64,000 nucleotides of DNA, from contig CAZPVH010000001.1 of NCBI GenBank assembly GCA_964589975.1, positions 100,853 to 164,852 on the forward strand, read 5' to 3'. The notes under the pieces were generated by a model, which made no database searches, was not told where the DNA came from, and saw only the letters and a program-made list of their open reading frames with translations. Source of the stretch: an uncultured Candidatus Saccharibacteria bacterium (GTDB lineage Bacteria > Patescibacteriota > Minisyncoccia > Phycocordibacterales > CSBR16-119). Both the position numbers and the translations under genes were made by a program. Of this stretch, positions 19,542 through 28,852 are shown piece after piece (positions within the stretch are counted from its first letter, which is position 1; every line of letters starts with the position of its first letter).

Positions 19542-21085
19542 CAAAATTTAAAAAAGTGTTTGCTGGCGCCTTTGTGCTGTTTTTCTTATTGACAAGCAAT
19601 GTCGAGGCAGCAAGCCTTTCTTTCACGCCTGCAGCTGGGACCTATGCCGAAAATGCTTCTTTCTCTGTCGGCGTGTATGTCGGAAGCTTGGATAAGTCTA
19701 TGAATGCAGCATCAGGGACGGTAACTTTTCCAACGGATAAGCTTCAAGTGGTATCCCTCTCTAAAGCGAACTCAATAGTAGATTTCTGGGCGCAAGAGCC
19801 TTCATTTTCAAATACCTCTGGCACTATCAAGTATGAAGGCGTGGTATTGCCGCCGGGATTCCAAGGGGGCAATGGGCGTATTATTACTATAAATTTCAAA
19901 GGTAAAGCGTCTGGAGTCGCTGAAATTAAAACTACGGGTGGCCAGGTTCTTGCAAACGATGGTGTGGGCACGCCGATCCTCTCTACTTCGACAGGAGCTG
20001 TTTTTACAATAAAGAAAGCTGAGCCCTCGGCGCCAGAGGTTATTGACCTGGAGGAAGAAATTCCGATAGACGAAACGGTTCCAATAATAGATGAAAAAAC
20101 CTCTTGCGACACAGATTCCCTTATTTATTCCACAACACACCCGGGTCAGATTTGGAGAAAAGAAAATACTGCCGCATTTTCATGGGACGTGACAGAAGAT
20201 GTGGTTGCAAGTAGGACGGCGTTCGACAAGAGTCCGAACACAGAACCAAATGTATTATCAAAGCCAGCCATTGTTGAGAAGAAATATGAAAATATTGAAG
20301 ATGGAACTTGGTATTTCCATCTATCGCTTCAGGACAATGAAGGATGGTCAAAGACTGAACATTTCAAGATTCAAATAGATCAGACCGCGCCAGAATTGAT
20401 CCTTAGTGAAGTCTCAAGGCTAGATCTGACCAACCCAAAACCCATAATTGATCTTGAGATTAAAGACAATATTTCGTGCGTAAAGAACTTTTCAATAAAT
20501 ATTGACGGAAAAGAGGTTGATTGGAATAAGCTACCGAATGGTAATTATGAGCTTGAAACAATTGAGCCTGGAAGTCATGAGCTTTCCGTTATTGTTTATG
20601 ATAGGGCGGGAAATCAGAACGAAGCTTATATTGACATAGAGGTGGCGGCCCTTGACTCGCCAGTCGTGAAAGAATATCAACAAACCGTTCCTAGTGCGGG
20701 AGAGCTTGTGGTTCGCGGCGAAACGATCAAGGGAGCAAATTTAACCGCAAAGATTACAAATAGAAAGAACAATTTTGTTGCGCGAGAGGATTTTCAATCT
20801 GGTTCTGGTAAATGGGTTTGGACTCCCAACTCAAAACTTCGTGGTGGTAACTATTTGATATCTTTCAGGGTCTCTGACTCTCGTGGCGCATCGTCAAATT
20901 GGACCGAGCCAATAGAGGTTCGAGTCGGTGGCGGTATTAATATCGATCTAACAGGTCTAGTAAAAAAGATTCCACCAGAGATTGCAATATTCGGTCTGAT
21001 TGTCGTTGGAATTTTTCTGATTGTCTTCATTACTCGAGCAGTTACAATGCGCGCTATTCGAAGGCGCAATGAGGATTGGCAGTAA
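19538..21085 (+). CDS. Cohesin-like domain protein with Ig-like domains and C-terminal TM anchor
   Basis: ATGA overlap with the previous stop; AASLSF.P...FSVGVYV...MNAASGTVTFP.DKLQVVSLSK.NSI..FW.QEP...LANDGVGT; terminal TM + basic tail. Confidence 0.75.
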   Translation: MTKFKKVFAGAFVLFFLLTSNVEAASLSFTPAAGTYAENASFSVGVYVGSLDKSMNAASGTVTFPTDKLQVVSLSKANSIVDFWAQEPSFSNTSGTIKYEGVVLPPGFQGGNGRIITINFKGKASGVAEIKTTGGQVLANDGVGTPILSTSTGAVFTIKKAEPSAPEVIDLEEEIPIDETVPIIDEKTSCDTDSLIYSTTHPGQIWRKENTAAFSWDVTEDVVASRTAFDKSPNTEPNVLSKPAIVEKKYENIEDGTWYFHLSLQDNEGWSKTEHFKIQIDQTAPELILSEVSRLDLTNPKPIIDLEIKDNISCVKNFSINIDGKEVDWNKLPNGNYELETIEPGSHELSVIVYDRAGNQNEAYIDIEVAALDSPVVKEYQQTVPSAGELVVRGETIKGANLTAKITNRKNNFVAREDFQSGSGKWVWTPNSKLRGGNYLISFRVSDSRGASSNWTEPIEVRVGGGINIDLTGLVKKIPPEIAIFGLIVVGIFLIVFITRAVTMRAIRRRNEDWQ

Positions 21086-21099
21086 TCTCCAAAAGAAAT

Positions 21100-21126
21100 A
21101 GCGCCATCACTTTGGATGGCGCTTTT
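21100..21126. terminator. Bidirectional terminator
   Basis: AGCGCCATC-actttg-GATGGCGCT flanked by A and T tracts. Confidence 0.75.
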
Positions 21127-21385
21127 CAATACCTGGTTCTGCGCACAGATCTTGTTCGAAGAAGTGTCATAGGGGTTCGCCGTCCCGATGACTATTATGG
21201 CTACAAGATTTGTAACGCAGAACCGGAGCTTTGTCGGCCCCTGCATTATCTTTATTCCAAACCAGAGGAGGAGACGAACCCGGGCGGCCAATGGTTCCAC
21301 TTTTGGGTCGTTTTCCCATTTAGCAGGCCACGGGTCGTCTACCACCTATGTGTATGGAATTTTCTTCGAAGGAACGAATGAACGT

Positions 21386-21413
21386 ATCATAACAAATCTA
21401 TGGCCACTGTCAA
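21386..21413 (-). promoter_or_regulatory. sigma70-type promoter with no clear downstream protein gene
   Basis: TTGACA-16-TATGAT with extended TG on the minus strand. Confidence 0.6.
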
Positions 21414-21558
21414 ATTTGGTATCTTTAATGAAAAAACCCTTATTTTTAGGGCTTTTTTAGTTGTGGTTAAATTACAAAAACTATTAATAGCTAATTATTT
21501 ATTTGATATTCGAGTGCCGTGATAAAATTTGACGAGCGTTTATTAATTAGCAAATGCA

Positions 21559-23529
21559 ATGATGAAAAGTATACTTTGGGGTCTTGGTTTGTTTGTGGCG
21601 GCATTGCCTACTATGGCAAACGCCTTCACGACAACCTATAATTATTCACCTGATTTTTTGGAAGATTTACCGTACAACATGACCTTAGTCCGTGGTGGAA
21701 CGGTGTCTGTTTTAAACGACGCAACTCTTGGAAAAGCTATTCAGATAAAATCTCCAACAGCTTCAACAGACATCATGTTTGACAATGTTCCCCTCACTTC
21801 TTCATGGTTAGATGCAAATTTCAAAATCAAAGGCGGAACTGCAGCAACCACAGATAAACCAGGAATATTGGTTTTCTCAAACGCTGATGCCACGAGCGGA
21901 TATTTTGTTCGTTGGGATAATAACTCAGATGATAAAGTTAGAATTTTCAAGCGTTCTCCGTCCGGCGCAACTTATACGAACACAGAGATCGCAGTTACTA
22001 CATCTTTTCCAACGACGACCGGGCGTCTTTGGCGTGTAACAGCTTCATCAGCAGGCGGAGTGGCAACAATTACTGCTTATAGATGGAACGGCACCGCTTG
22101 GGTTCAATTTCTTCAGGCTGTGGATTCGACATCTCCGTATCTTGCGGGAGGGATGGCGATTTCCCAGACTCAGATCAACTCGACGCTTGTTATGGACAAC
22201 TTCATAATTAATTTCCCTGATACTGATACGATCGGCGTCTCTACACCAGACTCTTATCAAGTTTTTCAGCGCAATGGGTCAAATCTTTCGGATATGCATA
22301 TTTTTGGCAGGTATACAGGTAATGCAACAGCCATAGAAGCTAGTTTTAATGGTGGGGCATACCAGACGATCGACTCAGTTCTAACTAACGGTTTCTATGA
22401 TGGTATCTTGACTGCTCAGGCCGCAGGGCAAGGGGACCTTGTTGTTAGGTTCACAAATAATACTTCTGTGTCGACAACAGTTCCGCTTGTTGGAGTCGGC
22501 GATGTTTTTATCGTCGCTGGTCAGTCAAATGCTGTCGGTCGAGGACAAAATCCTCAGAGTTATTCTCATCCGACACTAAAGGCCTCTGTCTTCAGGGCTG
22601 ATGATGCCTGGAGAGAGCTTACCGATCCTAGCGACATATTCACTGATCAGGGATCTGCTTGGCCGCTTGTTGCGACATATGTGATGGACTCACAAGAGGT
22701 TCCGGTCGCATTCCTTACAACTGCGACAGGCGCGACAGGCTTGGTTAGTCCTCAGGATTGGAAAAAGAATGGTACTGGTCAAAAGCGTTATGAAGCTGCG
22801 CTCCTACGAGTTCTTAGGTCGCACATAAATAGCGCAAAAGCAGTCTTGTGGTATCAGGGAGAAACAGATGCTGGTGGAGGCGTGAGCCGTTCGAATTATT
22901 TAGCTGGACAGCAGGCTCTAACAAATAATTTTGCAACGGATATTGCCGGTGCCCCAAAGACAATTATTGCAAGCTTGAGTCAGATAAATAAGCCAGGAAC
23001 AACTGAGTTAGAATTGGATACCATTCGTCTCTCGCAGCAGGACGCTTGGAATAGTGGAGGCAACAATCTTTATGGTCCAGTTCTTTATGATTTGGGGCCG
23101 CATGCAGATGGCGGACACATTTATACCGATAGCGACATGCAGAAGCTTGCTGCTCGATGGTGGTCTGCGATTGAAAAACATTATTATAGCGGACCAGATG
23201 GGCGCGGACCGATTCTCTCGAGTGCCGTATACACAACAGCCACGAATGAACTTGTCCTCACGTTTGCAGATGATACGCTGCCGCTCAATACAACGGTAGA
23301 TAAAGAAACATTTGTTTTGAAGCAGGGGGGCGTGGTGATGACAATCGGAAGCGTTTCTGTAACAGCTTCAAACCAAGTTACGATTACGCCTTCGACCAAT
23401 CTTTCGGGGCCTATAACTATCTCTGTTGGTTCTGGTAATTCTCCATCGGGCAAAAATGCAGTTCGTGATACCTCTGCAAATAGTCTGCCGGCAGAAACCG
23501 TGGTAGATGCGGCTGTGACAATTATATAA
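21559..23529 (+). CDS. Secreted SASA-family (sialate O-acetylesterase/CE6-like SGNH) esterase with accessory beta domains
   Basis: GDVFIVAGQSNA, LWYQGETD and DGGH catalytic motifs; signal peptide. Confidence 0.8.
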   Translation: MMKSILWGLGLFVAALPTMANAFTTTYNYSPDFLEDLPYNMTLVRGGTVSVLNDATLGKAIQIKSPTASTDIMFDNVPLTSSWLDANFKIKGGTAATTDKPGILVFSNADATSGYFVRWDNNSDDKVRIFKRSPSGATYTNTEIAVTTSFPTTTGRLWRVTASSAGGVATITAYRWNGTAWVQFLQAVDSTSPYLAGGMAISQTQINSTLVMDNFIINFPDTDTIGVSTPDSYQVFQRNGSNLSDMHIFGRYTGNATAIEASFNGGAYQTIDSVLTNGFYDGILTAQAAGQGDLVVRFTNNTSVSTTVPLVGVGDVFIVAGQSNAVGRGQNPQSYSHPTLKASVFRADDAWRELTDPSDIFTDQGSAWPLVATYVMDSQEVPVAFLTTATGATGLVSPQDWKKNGTGQKRYEAALLRVLRSHINSAKAVLWYQGETDAGGGVSRSNYLAGQQALTNNFATDIAGAPKTIIASLSQINKPGTTELELDTIRLSQQDAWNSGGNNLYGPVLYDLGPHADGGHIYTDSDMQKLAARWWSAIEKHYYSGPDGRGPILSSAVYTTATNELVLTFADDTLPLNTTVDKETFVLKQGGVVMTIGSVSVTASNQVTITPSTNLSGPITISVGSGNSPSGKNAVRDTSANSLPAETVVDAAVTII

Positions 23530-23536
23530 AACACAA

Positions 23537-23570
23537 AAAAGAAAAACCCTCGCCTGAGGGTTTTTCTTTT
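23537..23570. terminator. Bidirectional terminator between convergent genes
   Basis: AAAAGAAAAACCCTC-gcct-GAGGGTTTTTCTTTT. Confidence 0.85.
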
Positions 23571-23572
23571 TA

Positions 23573-25756
23573 TTATTTTTTCTTTTCGGCGAGTTTATGG
23601 GGATTATGATTCGGACAAGCTTTACTGCTACATCTTACTGGAATAGTCTTTGTCCCTTCCATCATCAGCTTTCCGCACATAGGACAAAGTTCTCCGGTCG
23701 GCTTTGCTTTGATAGCATTCTTGCATTCTGGGTAATTTGAGCAACTGTAGAATATTCCGAAGCGGCCTTTGCGCTCAACCATCTCGCCATCTTTGCAGTC
23801 GGTACATTTTACCCCGGTCCTTTTTTTCTTTGCCTCCTCCTCGTCTTCCTTGATGAATTTACATTTTGGATATCTGGAGCAGGAGATGAACATACCGAAG
23901 CGACCCTCTCGGAGCACGAGCTTTCCTTCGTGCTTGTCCCCGCACTCAGGGCACATCTCGCCGATCTCTTTTGGTCCCTCCATGATCTTGCCTTCGGCTG
24001 TGCGGCCGCCAACGCAGTTCGGGAAGTCTGTGCAGCTCATGAACTTGCCGTTCTTTGAAAGCTTGTAGACCATAGGTTTGCCGCAGATGGGGCAGGGGAA
24101 TTCCTTCGGGGCGTCCCCGATGTTGGTGAGCTTTTCGATCTTGTCCTTGGACTTTAGTTCTTTGGTGAATGGGCCATAGAAATCGGACAGAGTTTTTTTA
24201 TATGTCTTCTTTCCTTCGGCAATTTCATCGAGATTTCCTTCCATTTCTGCTGTGAACGAGTCTGAGATATATTCGCCGAAATTATTCTCTATGAATGTCG
24301 AGACGACGTCTCCCGTATCGGTCGGAAATAACGTTCGACCTTCTTTGGTCACGTAGCCGCGGTCTTCGATTGTGCGGATGATGGCTGCGTAAGTCGATGG
24401 CCTGCCAATGTCGCGCTTCTCCAGTTCCTTGATGAGTCCGGCTTCGGTATAGCGGGATGGCGGCTCGGTCTGCTTTTCTTCGGAGTTAATTTTCGTGAGA
24501 TCGAGCTTGTCGCCTTCCTTGAGTTTTGGAACTTCAGTGTCTTCGCCTCGAGCGCGAGTGTCGACAGCAAGCCAGCCGGGAAAAAGAACCCTCGAGCCAT
24601 TGATTGAGAAATTTGGAATATCCTTTGATTCTATATTTGTCGAGATCTTTGTCTTTAGAAGTTTGGCCGGAGTCATTTGAGATGAGATGGCGCGTTCCCA
24701 GATGAGGCGGTAAAGCTTTTGCTCATCATCGGTGCCGGCAATATTCTTTTCGAGAGGGTGGGTTGGACGAATAGCTTCGTGGGCTTCCTGGGCGTTTTTT
24801 GATTTCTTCGCATAGAAATTTTCCTGAGCGTATTCTTTTCCGAGGTTCTTTTTCACCCATTCGAGCATCTCAGCTTGAGCCCCCTTTGAAAGATTTTGGC
24901 TGTCGGTACGCATATATGTGATGAAGCCCTTTTCATATAGCTTCTGAGCCACGCCCATGGTGCGGCTTGGGGCGAAGCCAAGGCGCGTCGAGGCGACCTG
25001 CTGTATGGTCGAAGTGGTGAATGGCGCTCTGGCAGCGCGGCTGGTGTCAGTCTCTTTGACCGAAACAACAGACCATTTTCCGGCTTCTCCTTTTTTAAGT
25101 ATTCCTTCGGCTTCAGCCTTGTCCCATATCTCTTTATCACAGGTAAAAAGCATTTCATCGGCCCCATTCTTTAGAAGCGCACTCAATATATAGAATGTTT
25201 CCGCTTTAAAAGCGCGTATTTCACGTTCGCGCTCCATTATGATCCTAAGGGCCGGTGATTGGACGCGTCCGGCCGAGAGGCCATAGCGAACCTTTTTCCA
25301 GATGAGCCCGGATAAATCGTAGCCAAAAAGCCGATCGAGTACGCGGCGCGCTTCTTGAGCCTGTACCAGGTCTTGATCTATTTCTCGCGGATCTTTTATG
25401 GCTTCTTGAATTGCCTTTTCCGTGATCTCATTAAAAACGATTCGTTTCGGATGTTTGAGGTGGAGCGCCTCAGAGAGGTGCCAGGCTATAGCCTCTCCTT
25501 CACGGTCGCGGTCCGTCGCAAGAACGACCTCGTCAGCTTTTTTTGCGGCGGCCGTGAGTTCTGCCACGACTTTTTTCTTTACCGGCGTAATTTCGTAATG
25601 AGGAATAAAACCGCCGGGGATATCGACGGCTTTCTTGTTTGATTTTGGAAGGTCTCGGATATGTCCGACAGAGGCCATAACCTTATATCCCTTACCGAGA
25701 TATTTCTCTATAGTTTTGGCTTTTGCTGGGGACTCGACGATAAGAAGCTTTGTCAT
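23573..25756 (-). CDS. topA: DNA topoisomerase I
   Basis: LIVESPAKAKTI, ATDRDREGEAIAWH, SAGRVQS, ITYMRTDS, AQEAHEAIRP, C-terminal zinc ribbons. Confidence 0.97.
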   Translation of the reverse strand: MTKLLIVESPAKAKTIEKYLGKGYKVMASVGHIRDLPKSNKKAVDIPGGFIPHYEITPVKKKVVAELTAAAKKADEVVLATDRDREGEAIAWHLSEALHLKHPKRIVFNEITEKAIQEAIKDPREIDQDLVQAQEARRVLDRLFGYDLSGLIWKKVRYGLSAGRVQSPALRIIMEREREIRAFKAETFYILSALLKNGADEMLFTCDKEIWDKAEAEGILKKGEAGKWSVVSVKETDTSRAARAPFTTSTIQQVASTRLGFAPSRTMGVAQKLYEKGFITYMRTDSQNLSKGAQAEMLEWVKKNLGKEYAQENFYAKKSKNAQEAHEAIRPTHPLEKNIAGTDDEQKLYRLIWERAISSQMTPAKLLKTKISTNIESKDIPNFSINGSRVLFPGWLAVDTRARGEDTEVPKLKEGDKLDLTKINSEEKQTEPPSRYTEAGLIKELEKRDIGRPSTYAAIIRTIEDRGYVTKEGRTLFPTDTGDVVSTFIENNFGEYISDSFTAEMEGNLDEIAEGKKTYKKTLSDFYGPFTKELKSKDKIEKLTNIGDAPKEFPCPICGKPMVYKLSKNGKFMSCTDFPNCVGGRTAEGKIMEGPKEIGEMCPECGDKHEGKLVLREGRFGMFISCSRYPKCKFIKEDEEEAKKKRTGVKCTDCKDGEMVERKGRFGIFYSCSNYPECKNAIKAKPTGELCPMCGKLMMEGTKTIPVRCSSKACPNHNPHKLAEKKK

Positions 25757-25812
25757 GTCCCATAGTAAACTATAAAATTCCTAATTCTGCAAATTTCGAG
25801 ATTTTTGCCGCG

Positions 25813-26664
25813 TTAGATTTTTCTGATTTCGCCCATCGTTTCTTTGATGTGTCCCTTGAGCTCTAGGAGAGAAAGCGCCATGTTAAGTTCTGTTACGGAT
25901 CCTTCGTATTGCAAGAGTAGGGATTCTTTGGCCATTGGTTCATAAAGCAGTTTCAAAACCGCTTTCTCAGCGTCAGTGCAATCATCATAAGTTTTTTCTA
26001 CAAGTTCACGCTCTTTAAATCCAAGCATTTCGAGGACTTCTTTGGCGCTGAGGCACGGATGCGCGCCGTCGAGGAGTAGTTTGTTCGTGCCTTTTGAAGT
26101 TTCAGAAAATATTTCTCCAGGCACGACCAAGACATCTCGGTTGTATTCCATGGCAAGCCTTGCAGTAATGAGTGTTCCAGACTTTTCTTTGGCTTCTATG
26201 AGGAGCACCGCGTCGCATAGTCCTGCCATGATCCTGTTTCTTCGCGGAAATGTCCAAACCGCTGCCATGGCTTCTGGTTCGAGTTCTGACATGACGCAGC
26301 CGCCCGCTTGTAAGATTTTTCTGGATAGCAGAAAGTTCGTTCTCGGCGCGATGGCTTTTTCGGAAATTCCCGAGCCGGGGAGCGCCATGGTAAGTAGTCC
26401 GTGCCTTAATGCGGCTTCGTGGGCTATCGCATCTATTCCTAGGGCAAGACCCGAGATTATAACGATGGGATATCCGGTAAGTCCGGCGATTATCTCCTCA
26501 CAAGCGGCTTTACCGTATGAGGTGAAATTGCGCGACCCTACCACTGCTAGATATTTAAAATCACCCTTGGGTAAATTGCCCTCAATGTATAGTTTTTTCG
26601 GAGGATCGTTTATTTCCCGCAGCCGTTCCGGTATTTCATGTAAAAGCTTAATGACCTGAACCAT
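25813..26664 (-). CDS. dprA: DNA-processing protein DprA
   Basis: AVVGSR..T.YG, ISGLALGIDAIAH, FPRRNRIMAGL, SGTLITA..A. Start moved to 26664 (TATAAT 7 nt upstream; avoids overlap with serS). Confidence 0.93.
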   Translation of the reverse strand: MVQVIKLLHEIPERLREINDPPKKLYIEGNLPKGDFKYLAVVGSRNFTSYGKAACEEIIAGLTGYPIVIISGLALGIDAIAHEAALRHGLLTMALPGSGISEKAIAPRTNFLLSRKILQAGGCVMSELEPEAMAAVWTFPRRNRIMAGLCDAVLLIEAKEKSGTLITARLAMEYNRDVLVVPGEIFSETSKGTNKLLLDGAHPCLSAKEVLEMLGFKERELVEKTYDDCTDAEKAVLKLLYEPMAKESLLLQYEGSVTELNMALSLLELKGHIKETMGEIRKI

Positions 26665-26698
26665 GGCATAAATTATATCAATTTTGTATAATACCGAA

Positions 26699-27964
26699 AT
26701 GTTAGATATCAAATTTATCAGGGAAAACAAGGACCTGGTCCAAGCTGGCGCGGATAAAAAGAATATAAAAATAGATCTCAACGAGCTTTTGAAGGCAGAT
26801 GATGAGCGTCTGCTTTTTCTTGGGGAGGTTGAAAAGCTGCGAGCCGATCAAAATGATGTTTCTGACAGAATTCCACAGATTACGGATTCGGCGCAGAAGG
26901 CCGAACTCATCAAGTCAATGCAGGTGGTAAAAGAAGATTTGAGGATTAAAGAAGAAAAACTTAAGGCTGTAATGGACGTCTGGCGCGATCTAATGCTTCG
27001 TGTACCTAATATTCCTGATCCAACCTCTCCAGAAGGCTCAGGAGAAGAGGACAACTTGGAAATTAGGACCTGGGGCGAAAAAGCAAAATTTGATTTTGAG
27101 CCAAAAAGTCATGTAGAGATTATGACGGATCTCGGAATGCTTGATCTTGATCGCGGGACAAAGGTTCACGGCTTTCGTGGGTATTTTTTGACGGGTGACG
27201 GGGTTAGGCTTTGCTTTGCTATTTGGAATTACGCCATGGATTTCTGGAGCGCGCGCGGTTTTAATCCCGTAATGCCACCAATCAACGTAAGGCGTGAACC
27301 GCTTCTTGGCTGTGCATTTATCCCCCAAGGCGAAGCCGATATTTACAAAGCCCAAGACGATAGCTATTTTGTAGGTACTTCCGAGGTGCCATTGATGGGG
27401 ATGTATATGAACGAGATCCTCGACGGCTCGAAGCTTCCAGTAAAAATGCTTGGATTTTCTCCTTGCTTTCGTCTTGAAGCTGGCAGCCATGCTAAAGACA
27501 TAAAAGGATTGATCCGCGTCCATGAATTTTATAAGTTTGAACAGGTAATCTTGTGCGCCGGCAATCATGCCGAATCCGTCAGGCAGCACGAAGATGTTCA
27601 GAAAAATATTGAAGATTTTATTCAGTCATTAGAGATACCTTATCAAGTTGTAGATGCATGTACCGGAGACATGGGCTTTGCCAAGGTTCGAATGTACGAT
27701 ACTAATCTTTGGGTTCCAAAAGAAGAAAAGTATCGTGAGATCTCCTCCGCTTCATATTTTCACGACTTCCAGACCAGAAGACTGGGGATCCGTTACAAGG
27801 ACGCTGATGGGAAGATAAACTTCACTCATTCGCTTAACTGTACAGCTATTCCAACTCCGCGAATCCTGGTATCTCTAATTGAGAATTTTCAAAATGCCGA
27901 TGGGTCGGTCCGTGTTCCAACCGTTCTCCAAAAGTACTTCCCGAAAGACGTAATCAAGAAGTAG
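26699..27964 (+). CDS. serS: Serine--tRNA ligase
   Basis: MLDIKFIREN, GTSEVPL, PCFRLEAGS, GLIRVHEFYKFEQ, YREISSAS, R.L..L.EN.Q..DG.V.VP. Confidence 0.95.
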   Translation: MLDIKFIRENKDLVQAGADKKNIKIDLNELLKADDERLLFLGEVEKLRADQNDVSDRIPQITDSAQKAELIKSMQVVKEDLRIKEEKLKAVMDVWRDLMLRVPNIPDPTSPEGSGEEDNLEIRTWGEKAKFDFEPKSHVEIMTDLGMLDLDRGTKVHGFRGYFLTGDGVRLCFAIWNYAMDFWSARGFNPVMPPINVRREPLLGCAFIPQGEADIYKAQDDSYFVGTSEVPLMGMYMNEILDGSKLPVKMLGFSPCFRLEAGSHAKDIKGLIRVHEFYKFEQVILCAGNHAESVRQHEDVQKNIEDFIQSLEIPYQVVDACTGDMGFAKVRMYDTNLWVPKEEKYREISSASYFHDFQTRRLGIRYKDADGKINFTHSLNCTAIPTPRILVSLIENFQNADGSVRVPTVLQKYFPKDVIKK

Positions 27965-27967
27965 TCT

Positions 27968-28852
27968 ATGAGGGAAGTGGTTCAGAGAGCTTCGCCGATA
28001 AAGAAGGAAAAAAGAAGAAGATTCTTTTCAAAGTTCTTGTTTTTTTTATTTATTACGGTGATTCTTTTTATCGGCGTTGGTATTGTTTCAGGAATTCCTA
28101 AATTTGTGATAAATGAAGCGGAAGTCGACGGAACAGAATCTTTGGACAAGGCGGAAGTTGCGCAGAAAGTTTTGGCTAGTCTCTCCGGTAAGAAGCTTTT
28201 CTTCTATTCAAAGGCGAATATCTTTCTTTTCTCAAAGAGTGAGCTGGCCAGTTTTATCTCCAAAGAGTTTCCTCGCATCTACCAGATAGTATCGGTCAAT
28301 CGTCTTGGTCAAAAGCTAGAAGTCAGGATTGAGGAGAGGCATGCCGTCTATACCTGGTGTGGATATGAGGCGCCGGCGTATTCCTCCAGATGGCAGAGAG
28401 GGAAATGTTATTTCTTGGACCAAAAAGGATTTGCTTTTGCCGAGGCTCCTAATTTTTCTGAAGGAGTATATCTTTCAATATATGGCGGCTTATCCACAGG
28501 GAAGACAATCATAGGAGAGACAATAAATCTTAAAAACAACATTTCTGATGTTTCAAAAATGTTAGCAATACTCGAAGATAATGGACTACCGGTGCACTCG
28601 CTGGTGCTTGGGCCGGACGGTCAGCATCAGTTTCTTCTGGATACATATTCACTTACTGGAGATTATGCCAAAATACTTTGGAATGAAGACGCGCCTCTAA
28701 ATGATACGCTTCAAAAACTTGGCGCGGCGATTTCCGAAGAGAAGTTTCAAAATGATTGGGAAGAGCGCAAGGAGCGCCTTTTGTATGTTGACACTCGTTT
28801 CAACAATAGAGTATTCTACAAATTCCAAAATGAAGAAAATATCATTGAATAG
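27968..28852 (+). CDS. FtsQ/DivIB-like cell division protein (divergent)
   Basis: Basic N-terminus, single TM, POTRA-like region, C-terminal YVDTRFNNRVFYK. Confidence 0.65.
   Translation: MREVVQRASPIKKEKRRRFFSKFLFFLFITVILFIGVGIVSGIPKFVINEAEVDGTESLDKAEVAQKVLASLSGKKLFFYSKANIFLFSKSELASFISKEFPRIYQIVSVNRLGQKLEVRIEERHAVYTWCGYEAPAYSSRWQRGKCYFLDQKGFAFAEAPNFSEGVYLSIYGGLSTGKTIIGETINLKNNISDVSKMLAILEDNGLPVHSLVLGPDGQHQFLLDTYSLTGDYAKILWNEDAPLNDTLQKLGAAISEEKFQNDWEERKERLLYVDTRFNNRVFYKFQNEENIIE

Noticed and set aside
21076-21460. Plus-strand ORFs of 101 and 90 aa after the cohesin gene
   Set aside because: One crosses the terminator and neither has a recognisable motif or promoter; the only clear promoter here is on the minus strand.
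26665-26781. Head-to-head overlap of dprA and serS from the ORF track
   Set aside because: More plausible starts (26664 and 26699), each 6-7 nt after a TATAAT, remove the overlap.
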